Below are positions 24,315-37,836 of a DNA stretch of 64,000 bases, piece by piece; position 1 is the first letter of the stretch; each line of letters begins with the position of its first letter. The position numbers were made by a program, and so were the translations under genes. The notes beneath the pieces were generated by a model. It did not search any database. It was not told the DNA's origin and saw only the letters and a list, made by a program, of their open reading frames with translations. Origin of the DNA: Chara braunii (taxonomy: Eukaryota > Plantae > Charophyceae); assembly GCA_003427395.1 (NCBI GenBank), contig BFEA01000041.1, positions 4,016,461 to 4,080,460 of the forward strand, given 5' to 3'.

Positions 24315-26323
24315 GGACAAGGAAGACGTTGGCGATTGGCCTGCTGGCTCATGCGCTGTTGCGTCTTAGCCATCTGGTTGCGTGCTTTGACAAGAAGCTC
24401 TTGCATCCGACGCAAGAAAAGAAGATGGTCGTCGCTCTCGGCTGTGCGTGGAGTAATAGTGTCCAACGGTGATGTGACCGGCGAGCCGTGCTCGAACTCG
24501 AAGGGTGATATCCCAATAGCCGGGTGGATGGAAGAGTTGTAGGCCAACTCGACGTCCGGCAGTCGCTCAACCCAGTCTTTCTGGTCGGGGCGGATGAGAG
24601 TGCGAAGAAGAACCTGTGCGGTCTGATGCGCCCTCTCCGTCTGGCCATCGGTCTGAGGGTGGCGAGCTGAACTGGGCTTGAGAGATGAGCCCCATCGCTT
24701 GATGAGCGCCAACCAAAAATCGGACATGAACCGAGTGTCGCGTTCGCAGACGATCTCCTTGGGGTAACCCTTTATTCGAATCCAACCGGTGTAAAGAACC
24801 TCGGGCAACTCCGGTGCCTTGGCATGATAGCGACAAGGAAAAAACATGGCGAACTTGGTGAGTCAGTCATCCACTCCGGTCTTGTGCTTGGGGAACGGTT
24901 CGGTAATGTCCATGGCAATCGCTTCCCTTCGCCTCAACGGGACTGGCAATGGTCGTAACTCGCCGTACGAACGATGGTTGCGGGATTTGCAACGTCAGCA
25001 AACCTCGCATGACTCGCAATAGCGCGTGACGTCGCCGAGAAGGCCGGACCACCAAAATCCCTAGCGAAGTCGGCCAATCGTGCGATTGACTCCAAAGTGT
25101 CCGATGGCGGGAGCATCGTGGAACTCGCCAAGAAGCCGTGTACGCAAGTGAGGGTCACTCGGTACGCAAAGAAGGTCCTTCCCCCACGTGTGGACAAGCA
25201 AGTACCCCTATTGGATCCGGTAGTGAGAAGGAGCCGGATTAGGAAAGGAGCAATTCGCGTACTTGTCGCGAAACTCGGGGTCGGCTTGGTAGCCGCGGAT
25301 GAAGCTGTTCCGCAGGTCATCGTCGATCTTGAAGGTTGAGTAGACCGCAGTACAATGATTTGGACGCCGTGAAAGAGCATCCGCAAAATGGTTCGACTTC
25401 CCGGGAATGTGATCGGGAAAGAAGTTGAACTGGTCGACGAAAGCCATCCATCGAGCGATGGTGCTGTTGAGGGTGTCTTGGGTCTTGTAAAAGACCAACG
25501 GATTGTTGTCTATTACCCAGCGAAATTGGCTTCGACCAAGGAGGAAGTGTCGCCACTGCTTGAGCGCGTGGACAAAGGCGAGGAGCTCCTTCTTGCGTGC
25601 ATCATCAATGAAATGCACGATGGACACTTTCTTGCTGAAGTACTCGACCCGGTGCCAGTCCACACCATCATGTTGCTCGAGGACTGCACCAATGTCATAG
25701 CCTGACGCATCCGTAGTGACGTGCGTAGGCAAGAGCGGGTCGTATATCCGCAAGACCTCCGCCGACAATAGCGCGGCTTTGAGAGTGAAGAATGATCCCC
25801 GCGCCTCCTCTCCGAAGTCAAACGGCCGATCCTCGCATTGAAGCTTGTTCAAGTGGGCCGCGATCTTCGAGTAGCCTTTGATGAAGCACTGATAGTAGCC
25901 GGCAAGACCGAGGAACGAGCGGACATCCGTGACGTTCCGAGGCTCCGACCACTCTTGGATGACCTGAATCTTGTCCGATAGCGGACTGGCCCAAGTATTC
26001 CAGCTCTTGCCGGACAAATTCACACTTGTCACGGTTGGCCTTGTACTTGGCGCGGCGGAGCGTCCCCAACTCGTCGAAGATGTTAAAGATGATCCTCCAA
26101 TGTCCGGCTATAGATGAGAATATCGTCTAAGTAGACCAGCACGAACCGGTCCGACGTTGCACGGAACTCATTGGTCATGGCCGCTTGAAAGGTCGTCGGG
26201 GCGTTGGTGAGGCCAAAAGGCATGACCACCCACTCAAAATGTTCGTACCTCGTCTTGAACGCGCTCTTGTAGCGATCATTCGGCCGGATCGAGATTTGAT
26301 GATATCCCGATTTCAAATCCAAC

Positions 26324-26688
26324 AACAACCATTTCGTCAAAACGGACATATTATATTTTTTAAACGAAATCAAAACTGACTTTTTTTGCCAAAATCCGGT
26401 CGGAATTTTTTGCTCCTGGGGGTTCGGCATTCCCAAAACGCCGGACCCCCTACATGTATCTGGTCTACGGTTGAGACCACATACCAAAAAAAAAAATAAT
26501 AATAAAATAAAATAAAAAAAAATTGTTTTTTTTTTTGTATCTGGTCTCAACCATAGACCAGGGGGGTCCGGCGTTTTGGGAACGCCGGACCCCCAGGAGC
26601 GAAAAATTCCGACCGGATTTTGGCAAAAAAAGTCAGTTTTGATTTCGTTCAAAAAATATAATATGTCCGTTTTGACGAAATGGTTGTT
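26324..26688. mobile_element. 365-bp palindromic MITE in RT, AACA...TGTT termini, 4-bp TSD caac
   Basis: Inverted arms of more than 120 bp; removal restores [13 protein letters not shown]. Confidence 0.95.
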
Positions 26689-28200
26689 CAACTTAGAAAA
26701 GTACTTTGCGTCGCCCAATCGCTCAAGAAGATCGTCGATAAGAGGAAGAGGCCCCGCATTCTTGACGGTTTACTTGTTGAGCTTGCGGTAGTCGATACAC
26801 AATCGTAGATCCTTGTTCTTCTTCCTGACGAAGAGAACTGGTGCTCCATATGGGGAGCTTCTCGGGCGGATCCAGCCCTTGGCCAACAAATCGTTGAGTT
26901 GTGCGCGGAGGACCTCAAGCTCCTCCTCGCTCATCCGATAGATGCAACCTTTCGGCGGCACGGCACCGGCCTCAAGAATGATCTCGTGAGAGATCGGCCG
27001 ATCCGACACCACACCGGTAGATGACTCGAAGATGTCGGCGAACTCGTCCAGCAACCGCACCACACGGGGGTCCGAAGGCAAGTCCGTGGGTGACGACTCG
27101 GCTACCACGACGGTCCGTAGGAAACATAGGCCGATCTCCTCGGGCCGCTCGTATGTACAAGTCACCCGGAATGATTTGGCCGTCACCACTTGGCACCGGA
27201 TCGAAGGGTGCGGTAGAGGAATAGTACATGCCACTTCCGCGTCGAAGGCGTCGCGAATGCTAAGAGTCCGCCGGTGGAAGTTGATCGTGTGATCCGCACT
27301 TGCAAGCCAAGGCATTCCCAGAATTATGTCGAAGTCCATATCGAGAATATCGAATGTTACCGGTTCGCATGCATGAGGTGCGAAGTAGACCGGTACGGCC
27401 TCGATGTAACGGTCGAGAAGTTGTTGTGTCTTTCCATCCGCCAACTTGATCGCCGTCGGGTTTGCCTTCCTCTGAACTTGTGCGCCAAGGCCAGCCCTTT
27501 GCATAAAGGATTGGCTCATGAAATTACGAGACGCGCCGTTATCCAGCAAAGCGCTGCAGGACGCTTGCCCAACCTGAATGCGGATATATATGAGCGGTGC
27601 GTTGTTGTCATCGTACCGCTGCGTGCGAAACTCGCAGTCCACCTTGGTAGTATATGCCAGGATGTCCCCCACCGCGACTTCGTCATCCGTCGGCGAAGTT
27701 GGTGGTGCATAGAAGGATAAGTAAGTGTGGAGATGACCGCTAAGTGTTGCGCATTGCGGTCCCGGCAAGCGGCCTGTGGTCGGGAGAGGAAGCCATGCAA
27801 AGTCCTCGGACGTGAGCGAGTCCAATGCCTCTATGTTGAACTCGCGTGCCAAATCCCGTGAAGAACCACTTGAAGACGATATGTCGCCATTGTCGGACGG
27901 AGAAGAAACCGCACACACTTCTTGCCCTTGAGCTTGAGTACCCACCGTAGGAACGAGCCGGGCAGCATAGTCCTCGAAAGAAAGTAGAAGAAAAGGACTA
28001 TCGACTTCCGCGTGCGCCTCGGAATGAAGGCCGATTACTCGCGAAGAAACCGGTTCCGAAGGCGTCGAGAGTGTCGTCGAGTCAGTCTCGGTGGTGCTCA
28101 GTTTCCCTGTTTGCCCTTGCCTTTCAATGGGCAGACCTGCGTCTGATGAAGGTCGTTGTTGCAGCAAAGGCAATAATGGAATCTCTCGCGTGCTTTGAAC

Positions 28201-28719
28201 AACAGAAAAAATTCCCAGAATTAAATAATCATTCTATAGTAAAATTACATTGTTAATTTTAAATTTTCATTCCATCTTAAAAAAATGTCATTCCAATTTT
28301 AAAATTTTTCGTCTTACTTTTAAAAATTCCTTCCAAGAATGGGGCATCCCGTATTATTTGAACTGCATGCTAGAGATGAAATGAAAGTTTGGTTGAGTTC
28401 ATGAAATATTTTAATTGGACTGTCATTCTAAGTAACGATTTTCAGTCATAAATAGGTTAATCCAATCTAAATTAGAAGATATTTGTTTAGTACAATGAAA
28501 GTTTAATGTAAAAAATTCATAAACTCGTCCTGACTTTCATTCCATCTTGAACAAATAGATGTAGCTGGAAGGAAAAACTCATAATTAGATGGAAACTTAT
28601 GAAATAAAACTGAAAATTTTAGAATTGGACCAACATTGGAATGATAATTTATAAATATGAAGGTTTTTTTTTTATGGAATGTTTTTTCAACTTTCATTTC
28701 TCGTGGGAATTTTTCTGTT
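28201..28719. mobile_element. 519-bp AT-rich MITE in gag, TIR aacagaaaaattccca, TSD gaac/gaat
   Basis: 16-bp TIRs; removing it with one TSD copy rejoins the flanks to tgctttgaatgcttg. Confidence 0.88.
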
Positions 28720-30161
28720 GAATGCTTGCTCGAAGATGCCATATTGGGACCATGGGCCTGTCTGAGCTGCTGCACCGGGCCCGGGGCTAGATGCGGTGTG
28801 TGTCTCGTCTTGCCGCGTTCCCGGCCTCTGCCGGGGCGGCCACCTTCCCGGGCGGTTGTGAGTCTGTCCCCTTCACTAGCAGACACAACCTCGCTGGATT
28901 GGTCAAACGGCGTTGTCGCTGCCACCACGGCCACTCTTGGCCGATGTTGGTCCCTGCTCAGGCCTGACCCAGATGAACGGAGGTTCTTGGCCTCCTTGTT
29001 CGTGATGATGATCTGCGCGGTCTTGTCAAACAAATCCGCCATCGTCGTTAAGGTGTCCTCGACATAAGTCAGGGCATTGCTTAATGTCGGACATGACCTT
29101 GAGATGAAGTAATGGCGGATGGCTTTGAAGCCCATCTGGATGTCTGGGACTTACGTCAAGCGTTGGTACTCGGCAATCTAGTCCGTACTCGGCAGCGTGC
29201 CTTGCTCGAAGACCATGAGCTTGTCCATGGCTTTGATCTCCAGCGGCTCCGCCTGGAACCGCTTGTGCCACACCACCTTTAGATCATCCCAACTGATCTT
29301 TGTGTGCAAGTCGTTGGCTACCACTCCGTACTTGGACAACATGTTGTCTAACCGAGCCTGGCACGCGCCCCCTGAGCGAGAGTACAAGTATGCGTGGTGC
29401 TTGTGTTCCTTGACGTTTTGGAGCTGTAGCGTGAGCTCGAACTTGCGAAACCATGGAACCGGATCTGTCTTCATTGAGTCGGAGAAGATCTCCTGCTCGT
29501 CGAACTTTGGAGCTGTCTCGCGCGGTTACGAACTTGAGATGTTGGCGGTAGTGCAGATCCATTGTTGCAACTGTTAAGTCGCGGTCTGCTGTAAGTGCAC
29601 GCCATCCTTGAGTGAGCCGACGTCCATCTCCAATGCGTTGAGGCGGTCAGAGGTATTGGAAGAGCTTGCATCGTCGGCGGCGGCTGGTCGCTACTCCAAC
29701 CGCTGAAGGCGGTCTTGGACGTGAGCTAGCGAGTTGTTGAGACCGTGGATCTTTTCCTGCTGTGTAATGCAGGTTGCTTGGAGGTTTGTGAGATGCGAGA
29801 GGAGGAGCGCTATCTTGTTTGGGCTATCCTCCAGCTTGCTATTCTCGACCTCGGTCCGCCATTCCGCTGCCATTGTAAGTAACGTCTGCTCTCTGGTAAA
29901 TATATTCTCACGACATTGGTGTCTTTCTTCATCGGCAGCCCTTGCTCCTGCCTCGTCATGCTGGCGCTGTTGTTCAATTGCCAGCAGACGTGCCTGCTCG
30001 GCATCCTCTGCCTTCTTCTTTGCTGCTGCGACAGCGTCATCTGCCTGTTTCTTTGTCTCGGTACTCCAGGCCAGCATGCGGGCCTGATAGGCCTCGTCTG
30101 CTTCTCCGGGCCTCTGGTCCATGACTGCTGTATGTAAACGCAACAACATAGACCAGGCCGG

Positions 30162-30324
30162 GGCCTACTGATGTGGTATCCTCTGCTGCTGGCGTGGCAC
30201 TGCTGACATGTCCTACTAACGTGGCCTGCTGACGTAGCCTGCCAACGTGGCGTGCTGACGTACTTACGTAGTCTGCTGACGTGGCCTATTGGCGTGGTCT
30301 GTTGACATGGCCTGCTGACGTGGC
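30162..30324. repeat. ~13-bp tandem minisatellite (cctgctgacgtgg) in the Gypsy 2 leader
   Basis: About 12 degenerate units. Confidence 0.85.
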
Positions 30325-31076
30325 AACTCACCACTGCCGCCGCAGGGGGTACCCGAAGATAAGCCGAGGAGATAAGGCGAGAGATGGCAACAACATAGGT
30401 GGGGAGGGGTGGGTGGGATAATCGCCCAACCAATCACTCAGATAAGGAGCCACTAATCAAAAAAGAAAAGTTTGAACTTTGCAAAAAAAAATTTCGAGAA
30501 AAACAAAAATCCCGATTTTTGCAAGTTCAGTAGGTCTCCCAACCTCCCCTGAAGTACGAAATGATCACTGACAGAAAAAAAAATTCGACTTCAGACTGCA
30601 AATGATTTATAGAATTGAACGACAGAATCTTAAAACTGCGAAAAAATTCCGAACAGAAATGACAAGTATTCGGATTTATTCAGATAAGAATATTCGCAGT
30701 TTGGAAAATAATACCGCAGGAGGGATTTCCCGTACCGTTTCAGAAAAACGAATTTCGAAAAAGAAGATATTTCGAATTTCTAAGTAATGGGAAATGCAAC
30801 AGGAAATCAAAATTTTCGAAACGAAAAATATTCTGGATTTTCAACAACGAAATTTCGAATTTTCAGAAGAAAAACGAAAATGGAAATTTCAGATGTTGCG
30901 GTATTGCGATTTCCCACAACAGAATAGCCAGAAAACAAAATCCAAGGAAAGAAAAAAAAAATCGATTTTCGATAGTAAGGTCAAAATCGTGATTTTGGGA
31001 ATCAATCAATAAAGACTAACCAGCTATTAAGTCCCCGCACACGTGTCATATCAGGTTGTCTTGATTCACGTGCGAT

Positions 31077-31088
31077 GCTCCCATACCA
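31077..31088 (-). promoter_or_regulatory. PBS of Gypsy 2
   Basis: TGGTATGGGAGC 2 nt after the 5' LTR (10/12 to the iMet-type PBS). Confidence 0.7.
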
Positions 31089-31090
31089 AC

Positions 31091-32489
31091 TGTTACATGC
31101 ACAGATATGCAATGTACGCAATAACCGAGGATCTGCAATGTGATGAAAATGACTGAATGAATAATGCGGTGCGAATAGAATCTCGACAAGCAATGTGCAT
31201 TCTCATACATATAATGATGCTGAATAGCGCAGGGAAGACTTAAATACAAAGACTGACCTGACCGGGCTGACCTCATTCACGTAGTACAAAGTAGCGAAGC
31301 AGAATGCTAGAATGCTAATAACTAGCCCAATCAATGTTTGAACTCAGACCAAACATACATCGTATCNNNNNNNNNNNNNNNNNNNNNNNNNNNNNNNNNN
31401 NNNNNNNNNNNNNNNNNNNNNNNNNNNNNNNNNNNNNNNNNNNNNNNNNNNNNNNNNNNNNNNNNNNNNNNNNNNNNNNNNNNNNNNNNNNNNNNNNNNN
31501 NNNNNNNNNNNNNNNNNNNNNNNNNNNNNNNNNNNNNNNNNNNNNNNNNNNNNNNNNNNNNNNNNNNNNNNNNNNNNNNNNNNNNNNNNNNNNNNNNNNN
31601 NNNNNNNNNNNNNNNNNNNNNNNNNNNNNNNNNNNNNNNNNNNNNNNNNNNNNNNNNNNNNNNNNNNNNNNNNNNNNNNNNNNNNNNNNNNNNNNNNNNN
31701 NNNNNNNNNNNNNNNNNNNNNNNNNNNNNNNNNNNNNNNNNNNNNNNGGTGGACTGAGAAGAGGAAGAAGAAGAACTCTCTCTCACTGTTATGAGCCAGA
31801 TACTGACCTGTGGTATTGGCGTTGTGTTGCAGGTACCTTGAAGACGAAGCTGGAGCAACGGCGCTGCAGGTAAGTGTCTCTCGCCTCCGCCCAATCTCTC
31901 TCTCTCTCTAGTACTATCTAGCTATGGCGCCCAGCGCTGGAGACTACAGCTACCTACTGCGCCCAACACTGAAGACTACAAGCTAACGCTACTACTAAAA
32001 CTCTGCAGCGCTCCCTCCAGAGTGTTGCTCCCAAACCCTGAAGACTACAACTGTCTCTCTGCCTCTCCGCCTCTCCGTGAAGTGCCTGGGAGGTTCCTAT
32101 GTACTACCTCGGCCTGCCTCCTGACTGCCTGAAGGGCAAGCCAGGCCGAGGAGGCACCTCTTGCCAATGCCGAAGTGTGCCAGGGGCTGGCGTGCAGCAG
32201 CCTGCTGAGGCTGTTGTGGGAACAGGCTAAGAATAGCCTGTTTTCGAAACCGTGGTTCGGTGCCTGAGTTTCAGGGTCGGTCGTTCTGATGAACGACCGA
32301 AAATGGCCCTTTGGTTCAGGCTAAAAAGGTTGTTGCCATTTTTAGTCTGAAACGACATAGGGATATGCCCTGGAATTCAGGCTTTCGGGCTGAACCGACA
32401 TGGGGCCTGTAAACCCTGGATTTCAGGCTTTCGGCCTGAAGGACGCAGGCCTGGAAAATAGCCTGTGTGTGCAGGCGCAGCATGTAACA
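31091..32489 (-). repeat. 5' LTR of Gypsy 2 (contains N gap)
   Basis: Paired with 21966-23499. Confidence 0.93.
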
Positions 32490-32733
32490 TGCTGCCAGGA
32501 TAACACCGGGTACAGTTGTGAGGGTCCCGGCCTCAGTCAAGTTTTGATTTGAAATGAAATGCATAATCATTCTTAATGTCTTTGTTAAACCCAAAGACTG
32601 CAACTGGTTAAGTATGCATTATTCCGCGAGTGATGAGTTAACCCGGCCGGCGTACCCATATGTTGGAAAAATCCGTGTGACTGTCTGACGAAAAAAAAAA
32701 AAAAAAACCTCCTCCCCAGGCCGGCTTACCTTA

Positions 32734-32857
32734 GGGCCTCGCCACACAGCCTGTCGAAAAGCGGAAACGACAAAAATGTGGCAGTTGCATCTGGCCATGT
32801 TCTAGCGGGAAGTTCATTCTCGTTTCGCACATTTCGACAGCCTATGTGGCGAAGGCC
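32734..32857. mobile_element. Tourist/PIF-Harbinger-type MITE
   Basis: TIR gggcctcgccacacagcctgtcgaaa / tttcgacagcctatgtggcgaaggcc with TTA TSD on both sides. Confidence 0.8.
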
Positions 32858-33634
32858 TTAGTCAAATCTCCCTCACCAACGGAGCGGTTGCTTGGAAAAT
32901 ACCGAACCAGACGACTAAGGATATCCGCAAGACCATCATGGTGGTGGCGGTGCAAAAAGCCGGACCGGCCCTGACGTGCTCAGGCATCATCCATCGCGTT
33001 CCCTGGGCCTAGAGTGCTCGCGTAGTGCCTACCCTGACGCTAACCCTAACGCTACGCTACTCGTGCAGATTAACGCAGAATTAACGCTATTGGAACCCTC
33101 ACAGCCTTCCTCCTTTTTCTCTCTCCTTTTTTTTTTTTTTTTTTTTTTTTCCCCCCCCCTCAAAGTTCGGGTTCATAGCCCCTCGCATTAAACTCATAGT
33201 ACCAAGGCCGGGGACCTCACAATTCCACCCGGAGTTATCCTGGCAGCATCAACCAGTTTAGCTTACGAGCCCAAGGCTCGCCAATGGAGTAGGCTAGTGT
33301 GGGCACAGAAATGACCAAAACCAGGCCGTTGTCCTGAAACCACTCCAAGAGAAAAGAAAATAGCTTCAAGCCTCAAAACCGAACAAACCAATAAGAATAC
33401 TACCCATCTACCAAAGGTTCTACTACCAGATGGTTGCCACAGTCCTACTAACTATTATTAACTTCTATATTTAACCAACCTACACTAGCCTTCCCTAACC
33501 CTAAGTTCCCTGTCTAAAACGACAGGTAGGACCTCCGAGGACCAAGCCAAATCTCAGTTGGCACTCCCTCCACAGACTAAGACCAGTTGCCTTCCTCTTG
33601 CAGAAACCAACCGAGCACCCAGGTTTCTCCTCCT

Positions 33635-36600
33635 AGCTAACCTGCCCAAAACCATTTGTCAAACACCAAAACACCCTCTTCCAACCTCACCAACTTTCCT
33701 CCCAAACCCCAGGTTTCACCAAACCACCTTCCCGAAGTTTTCTTACCTTTCCCTGCCCAGTCCGCCTAAATAGTACGGCGCAGAGAGGATTTAAATCCCA
33801 ATCTGATTTCTTTATTGGTCATCTCTCTGTTTTCGAAAATTCACAGGTTGCAATGTTTCCAAATCACCTCACATCCCACTGCCCTTGTTGCCTGAGCAAC
33901 ATATCCCCATCCTTTATAAAGATCCATGTTGTCTAGAATTCCCCCAGTAGCACCCACAACCTATCCCATGACATACAGTTCCCTGAAATAGATTCCCAAA
34001 ATTTTTGCCAACAGTCCCAAATGCACTTCGAAGCTGGGCAATCATACCAAAGATGGTTGGTGGATTCATATGCCCAACCACACCTCTTGCAGGTTAGCTC
34101 AACTTGCATACCCCGCTGAAACAAAGTAATCGCCAAGGGGGTAGTAAACAACGAGAGCAACCATAGATTAACAACTGCACGCAAGTTCGGAGCCTGTATA
34201 AGTTGAGACCAACAGCGAGAGATGGCTTTCTCAATCTGGCTGGCTTCGCAGTCTAGCACTTGCTTCCACCGTGAGGTGGCCATTTGGATTGGGGAGCGGG
34301 TGGAACGCAAGGCATTATATCGTTGGGCAACCGAGTATTGATTCAGTGGTAGATTTGCTCCTCCCACACCTTCTCCTTGCCAGCCCCACAATTTCGGGTC
34401 AACTCTTAACTCCATCAATGATTTACCTTGTGCAAACAGTCTGCAGGACCATACACCTTCCTCATTACAATCTTCCCAGACTCTAGTTTGGAGTAGCGTC
34501 TCATCCAGGGGGGGATGTGTCTCATCCTCCTGGAGGGATAAAGAACATGTTCCAGATATACCTTGCCACTGTTGAAAAACTCTTTTCCCGTTCAACTCAA
34601 TCCTCATGAGCTTCCAGAAGGAAGGACTCTCCACCAAGGGACGTGACATATACCAAGTCCCTGGAGGGTCGACTCCTTCTGGACTCAAAATATAGCACCA
34701 ATCAGCCGGAATAGCTTGAATAAGCTTACTCAATCTTTCTTCCACGTACCAAACTGGACCCAGACGTGATCTCAGTTCTGACGAGGAGACCCATTGATTG
34801 GAGAGGTTGTCCCAGATATCATTGATCCTGAGTGTTCCCCGTTCAATCCAACATTTACCGAAGCTCTTGCTGGTCGAGGCGGCTGAAAAACAAGCACCAT
34901 CTTCCGTACAGATATACGGGTTGTCGAAAAGTGGTTGCAATAGGACTTCCATTTTCGTGACTTGGTTCGACCAGGGAGTTGGCCTGAGTTTCTTCCAGGC
35001 AGAAATTATTGCTCTCCAGAAATCCGACTTGACTGTTCGGTTTTGGTATGAGTTTAGCAATAAACGGGTCTAAACGTCTGAGGGTCTACTCAAATTCCAT
35101 TCTGAGGCCAAAATTTCTTCAGCTAAAGAGATCCAGTGGGCATCCTCGTTGGAGCACATCGCTTTAACCATCCACCTAATAAGCATCACAATGCTCTTCC
35201 GCTGGGGGTCTATCAGTCCTAACCCTCCTTCCAGTTTAGGGAAGCATAGTTGGTCCCAAGCAACCTTCGAAAGGAAACCTTCCCCCTCCTTGGCGAAAGG
35301 TTTCCAAACGAAGCTGGCCGATCGTCTTCTTATCAGGGTACACATGTTCTTACCCAATGGTCTGACGGCGGCAACGAACTACAATAGTGTAAAAAGGGCA
35401 CAGTTAATTACCATAGCACTGCCAAAAATTGATAGGTGATGCGCCTTACCCCAAGTGGAGATTCTCTGCATAGAACGCTGTAAGAGGATGCTCTCCTGGT
35501 CAACTGTACAAGATAGCAAGGCAACGTGAACCCCTAAAAACCTCTCCGACTCCCCTGACTTTATTCGTTTCATCCCCCAGTTCATTATAGGAGTATGTGG
35601 CACAGGGAGAAAGAACACCGATTTCGACCAGTTCACGGATGCTTCTGACAGCTCTGAATATTCATCCAGACAAGACTTTAGAGCCACCAAAGAAGACCCA
35701 GTGTTTTCAGATATTGCAAACAAGTCGTCGGCCAATGCCTTTACCTTGCATTGAGAAGTACATGTTACCAAACCCCTAATTTTCAACTTTGCTCTTATGT
35801 TGCAGAGGAGGTTCTCTATTTGCAACACAAACAAGAGAGGGGGCAATGGACATCCCTGACGTAAAGATCTAGTTAGGGCGAAGGGCTCCGAGACATTACC
35901 ATTTACCATTACTGCCGCTGTTGACTGTGAATATAAGGCGATCACCCATCTACACAAGTTTTGCCCAAAGCCTAGATGTCTGAGTGTAGACAAGACATAA
36001 GTCCAGTTCACACGATCATAAGCTTTCTCAAGATCTAATATAAGTATCATGACATCTGCAGATGTGTTCTCTACTACTTTCAGGGATTCAATAGCCGTTA
36101 CTATATTATCAAATATAGAACAGCCTTGCACGAAAGATGCTTGATCCTTGTTCACCAACTCAGGCAGGTAACGGCCCAACCTCCTTGCCAGGATTTTGGC
36201 CAGGAGTTTATATGACACATTTAGTACATAAATTGGTCTCCAATTTCTTATCTCAGACCGATCACCTTTCTTGTATAGTAGGGATATACCCTTCGATAAG
36301 CTTGTCCCCAGCAGAACCTGATTATAGATGTCCACTAGGTCCTCTTTAACCGAATCCCAAATCAGTAGATAGAGCTCAACGGGTAGGCCATCATCCCCTG
36401 GGGCTTTTCCCTTGGCCATAGAGCAAAGAGCTTCCTTGACTTCCTCCACTGTTATCGGGCGATCTAGATCTAACTTACCATGCACAGGGAGTCTAGCCGT
36501 GAATGAGGACCAATGACTAGACCCGACAGTAAGATCCGTATTAATATCTTCTTGTGGTCTTCTAGTCGTAAGGATATCCTGATAATACATTACAGCGTAG

Positions 36601-37836
36601 GAGCATAGTTGAGACTGATCGCACGCTATCGGGAGTTCTCTATCAAACGGATGCATAAGTTGACTCATCGAATGAGACAGACGTTTCAGGAGTAGTTTTT
36701 GAAAGGACTCTCTAGATATCCGATCATATACTTCAATTCCTTTGACCATCAGACGTTCTGACCATAACTAAGACTGTTCCTGTTGATATGAATCTCACTC
36801 AGGCATCCGTTTTTCCCTCACAGGGCTCCAGACCAGATTAGAGATGGGATGGAGATTCATCATCGACTCCGCATAATCGATCTTCCTAATCATATCATTT
36901 TCCCGGTTCTTCCGTACGGCTGCTAAAATCCGTGAGAAGAGACTCAGGTGACTTGAAAAGATGCGGGAACCAGCATCCCACCAATCAGCCTTTGAGGGAA
37001 ACGAATCAGCATTCTTCTTCCAATCATTCCAAAACCTTTCCATCCAATCAATTGCACCGGGATCCTTGAGGATCTGAGTATTGACTCTAAAATAACCCGG
37101 GCCTCTCTCTGGTTTCAAGGAATTAAAACTAGCCCAGACCGGTTTATGGTCAGAAAGAGTCTGTGGGCACTCTACAATGTCTATCGTGGCATTCCATGCA
37201 GCCGGCGACAGAAGAAAGAAATCGAGCCTTCTGCAAATAGAGTCTACCCCCTCCCGCACATTAGAAAACCAAGTGTAGCCAGGCGCTTCCGGATGAAGTA
37301 AGCTATATGGTTCGATTAAATCTATTTCCGCCATTACGTCGAGCAACGCTTTTGCGTATGAATTGCCCCGAACTGACTCATACCTGTCTAAAGAAGAATT
37401 CCAATCCCCAGCAAGGACAAGATATTCACAGTCTGGGATAATCAGAGGAAGATCTTCAAAAAATATTCTTCGCTCCCGTAAATCCGTTGGGGCATAAATA
37501 TTGACAATTACCCATTCGTGACCCTCTTTCCAGAGCTTTATCCAGGACCACCTTCCCCATAGATTTGCAAAAATAATCAACAATTTCTGCTTGGAGATTT
37601 CGATTAACCAAAATAGCAACTCCCCCTCGTGAGCCCCTGGTCGGGGACCAGATCTGTGGGCCATCCCACCATGCACCCAGGGCTTCAATCTTGGATTCCG
37701 ACAATTTGCACTCTTGGAGACACATAACATCGATCTTCTTTTCGTGAATCCAACTCTTAATCCTTCCTTTCTTATTCCTACCCGACGTATCTCCCAATCC
37801 GTGAACATTCCATGAGACAACATTAAGCCTGCCCAT
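33635..37836 (-). pseudogene. LINE C ORF2
   Basis: ORFs 37456..37836, 36795..37823, 35379..36749, 35070..35357 and 33933..35060. Confidence 0.93.

Larger units (their letters stand above)
23511..30149 (-). pseudogene. Gypsy 2 gag-pol with C-terminal chromodomain
   Basis: PR ALLDNGAS; [24 protein letters not shown]; RH TDAS, KELLA; IN HPQTDGQTER; chromodomain IISQRRYGNRPTEYLVHF...WL. Confidence 0.93.
21966..32489 (-). mobile_element. Ty3/Gypsy chromovirus 2, both LTRs present, decayed
   Basis: TGTTACA...TGTAACA LTRs, TSD tactg/tgctg, PBS, PPT, gag-PR-RT(YLDD)-RH-IN-chromodomain. Confidence 0.95.
21936..33272. mobile_element. Non-autonomous TIR element (~0.8 kb net) whose left TIR is split by Gypsy 2
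   Basis: gtaagctaaactagctgatactg[LTR]ccaggataacaccgggt..ttgtgagg is the reverse complement of cctcacaa..acccggagttatcctggcagcatcaaccagtttagcttac (33215-33266). Confidence 0.75.
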
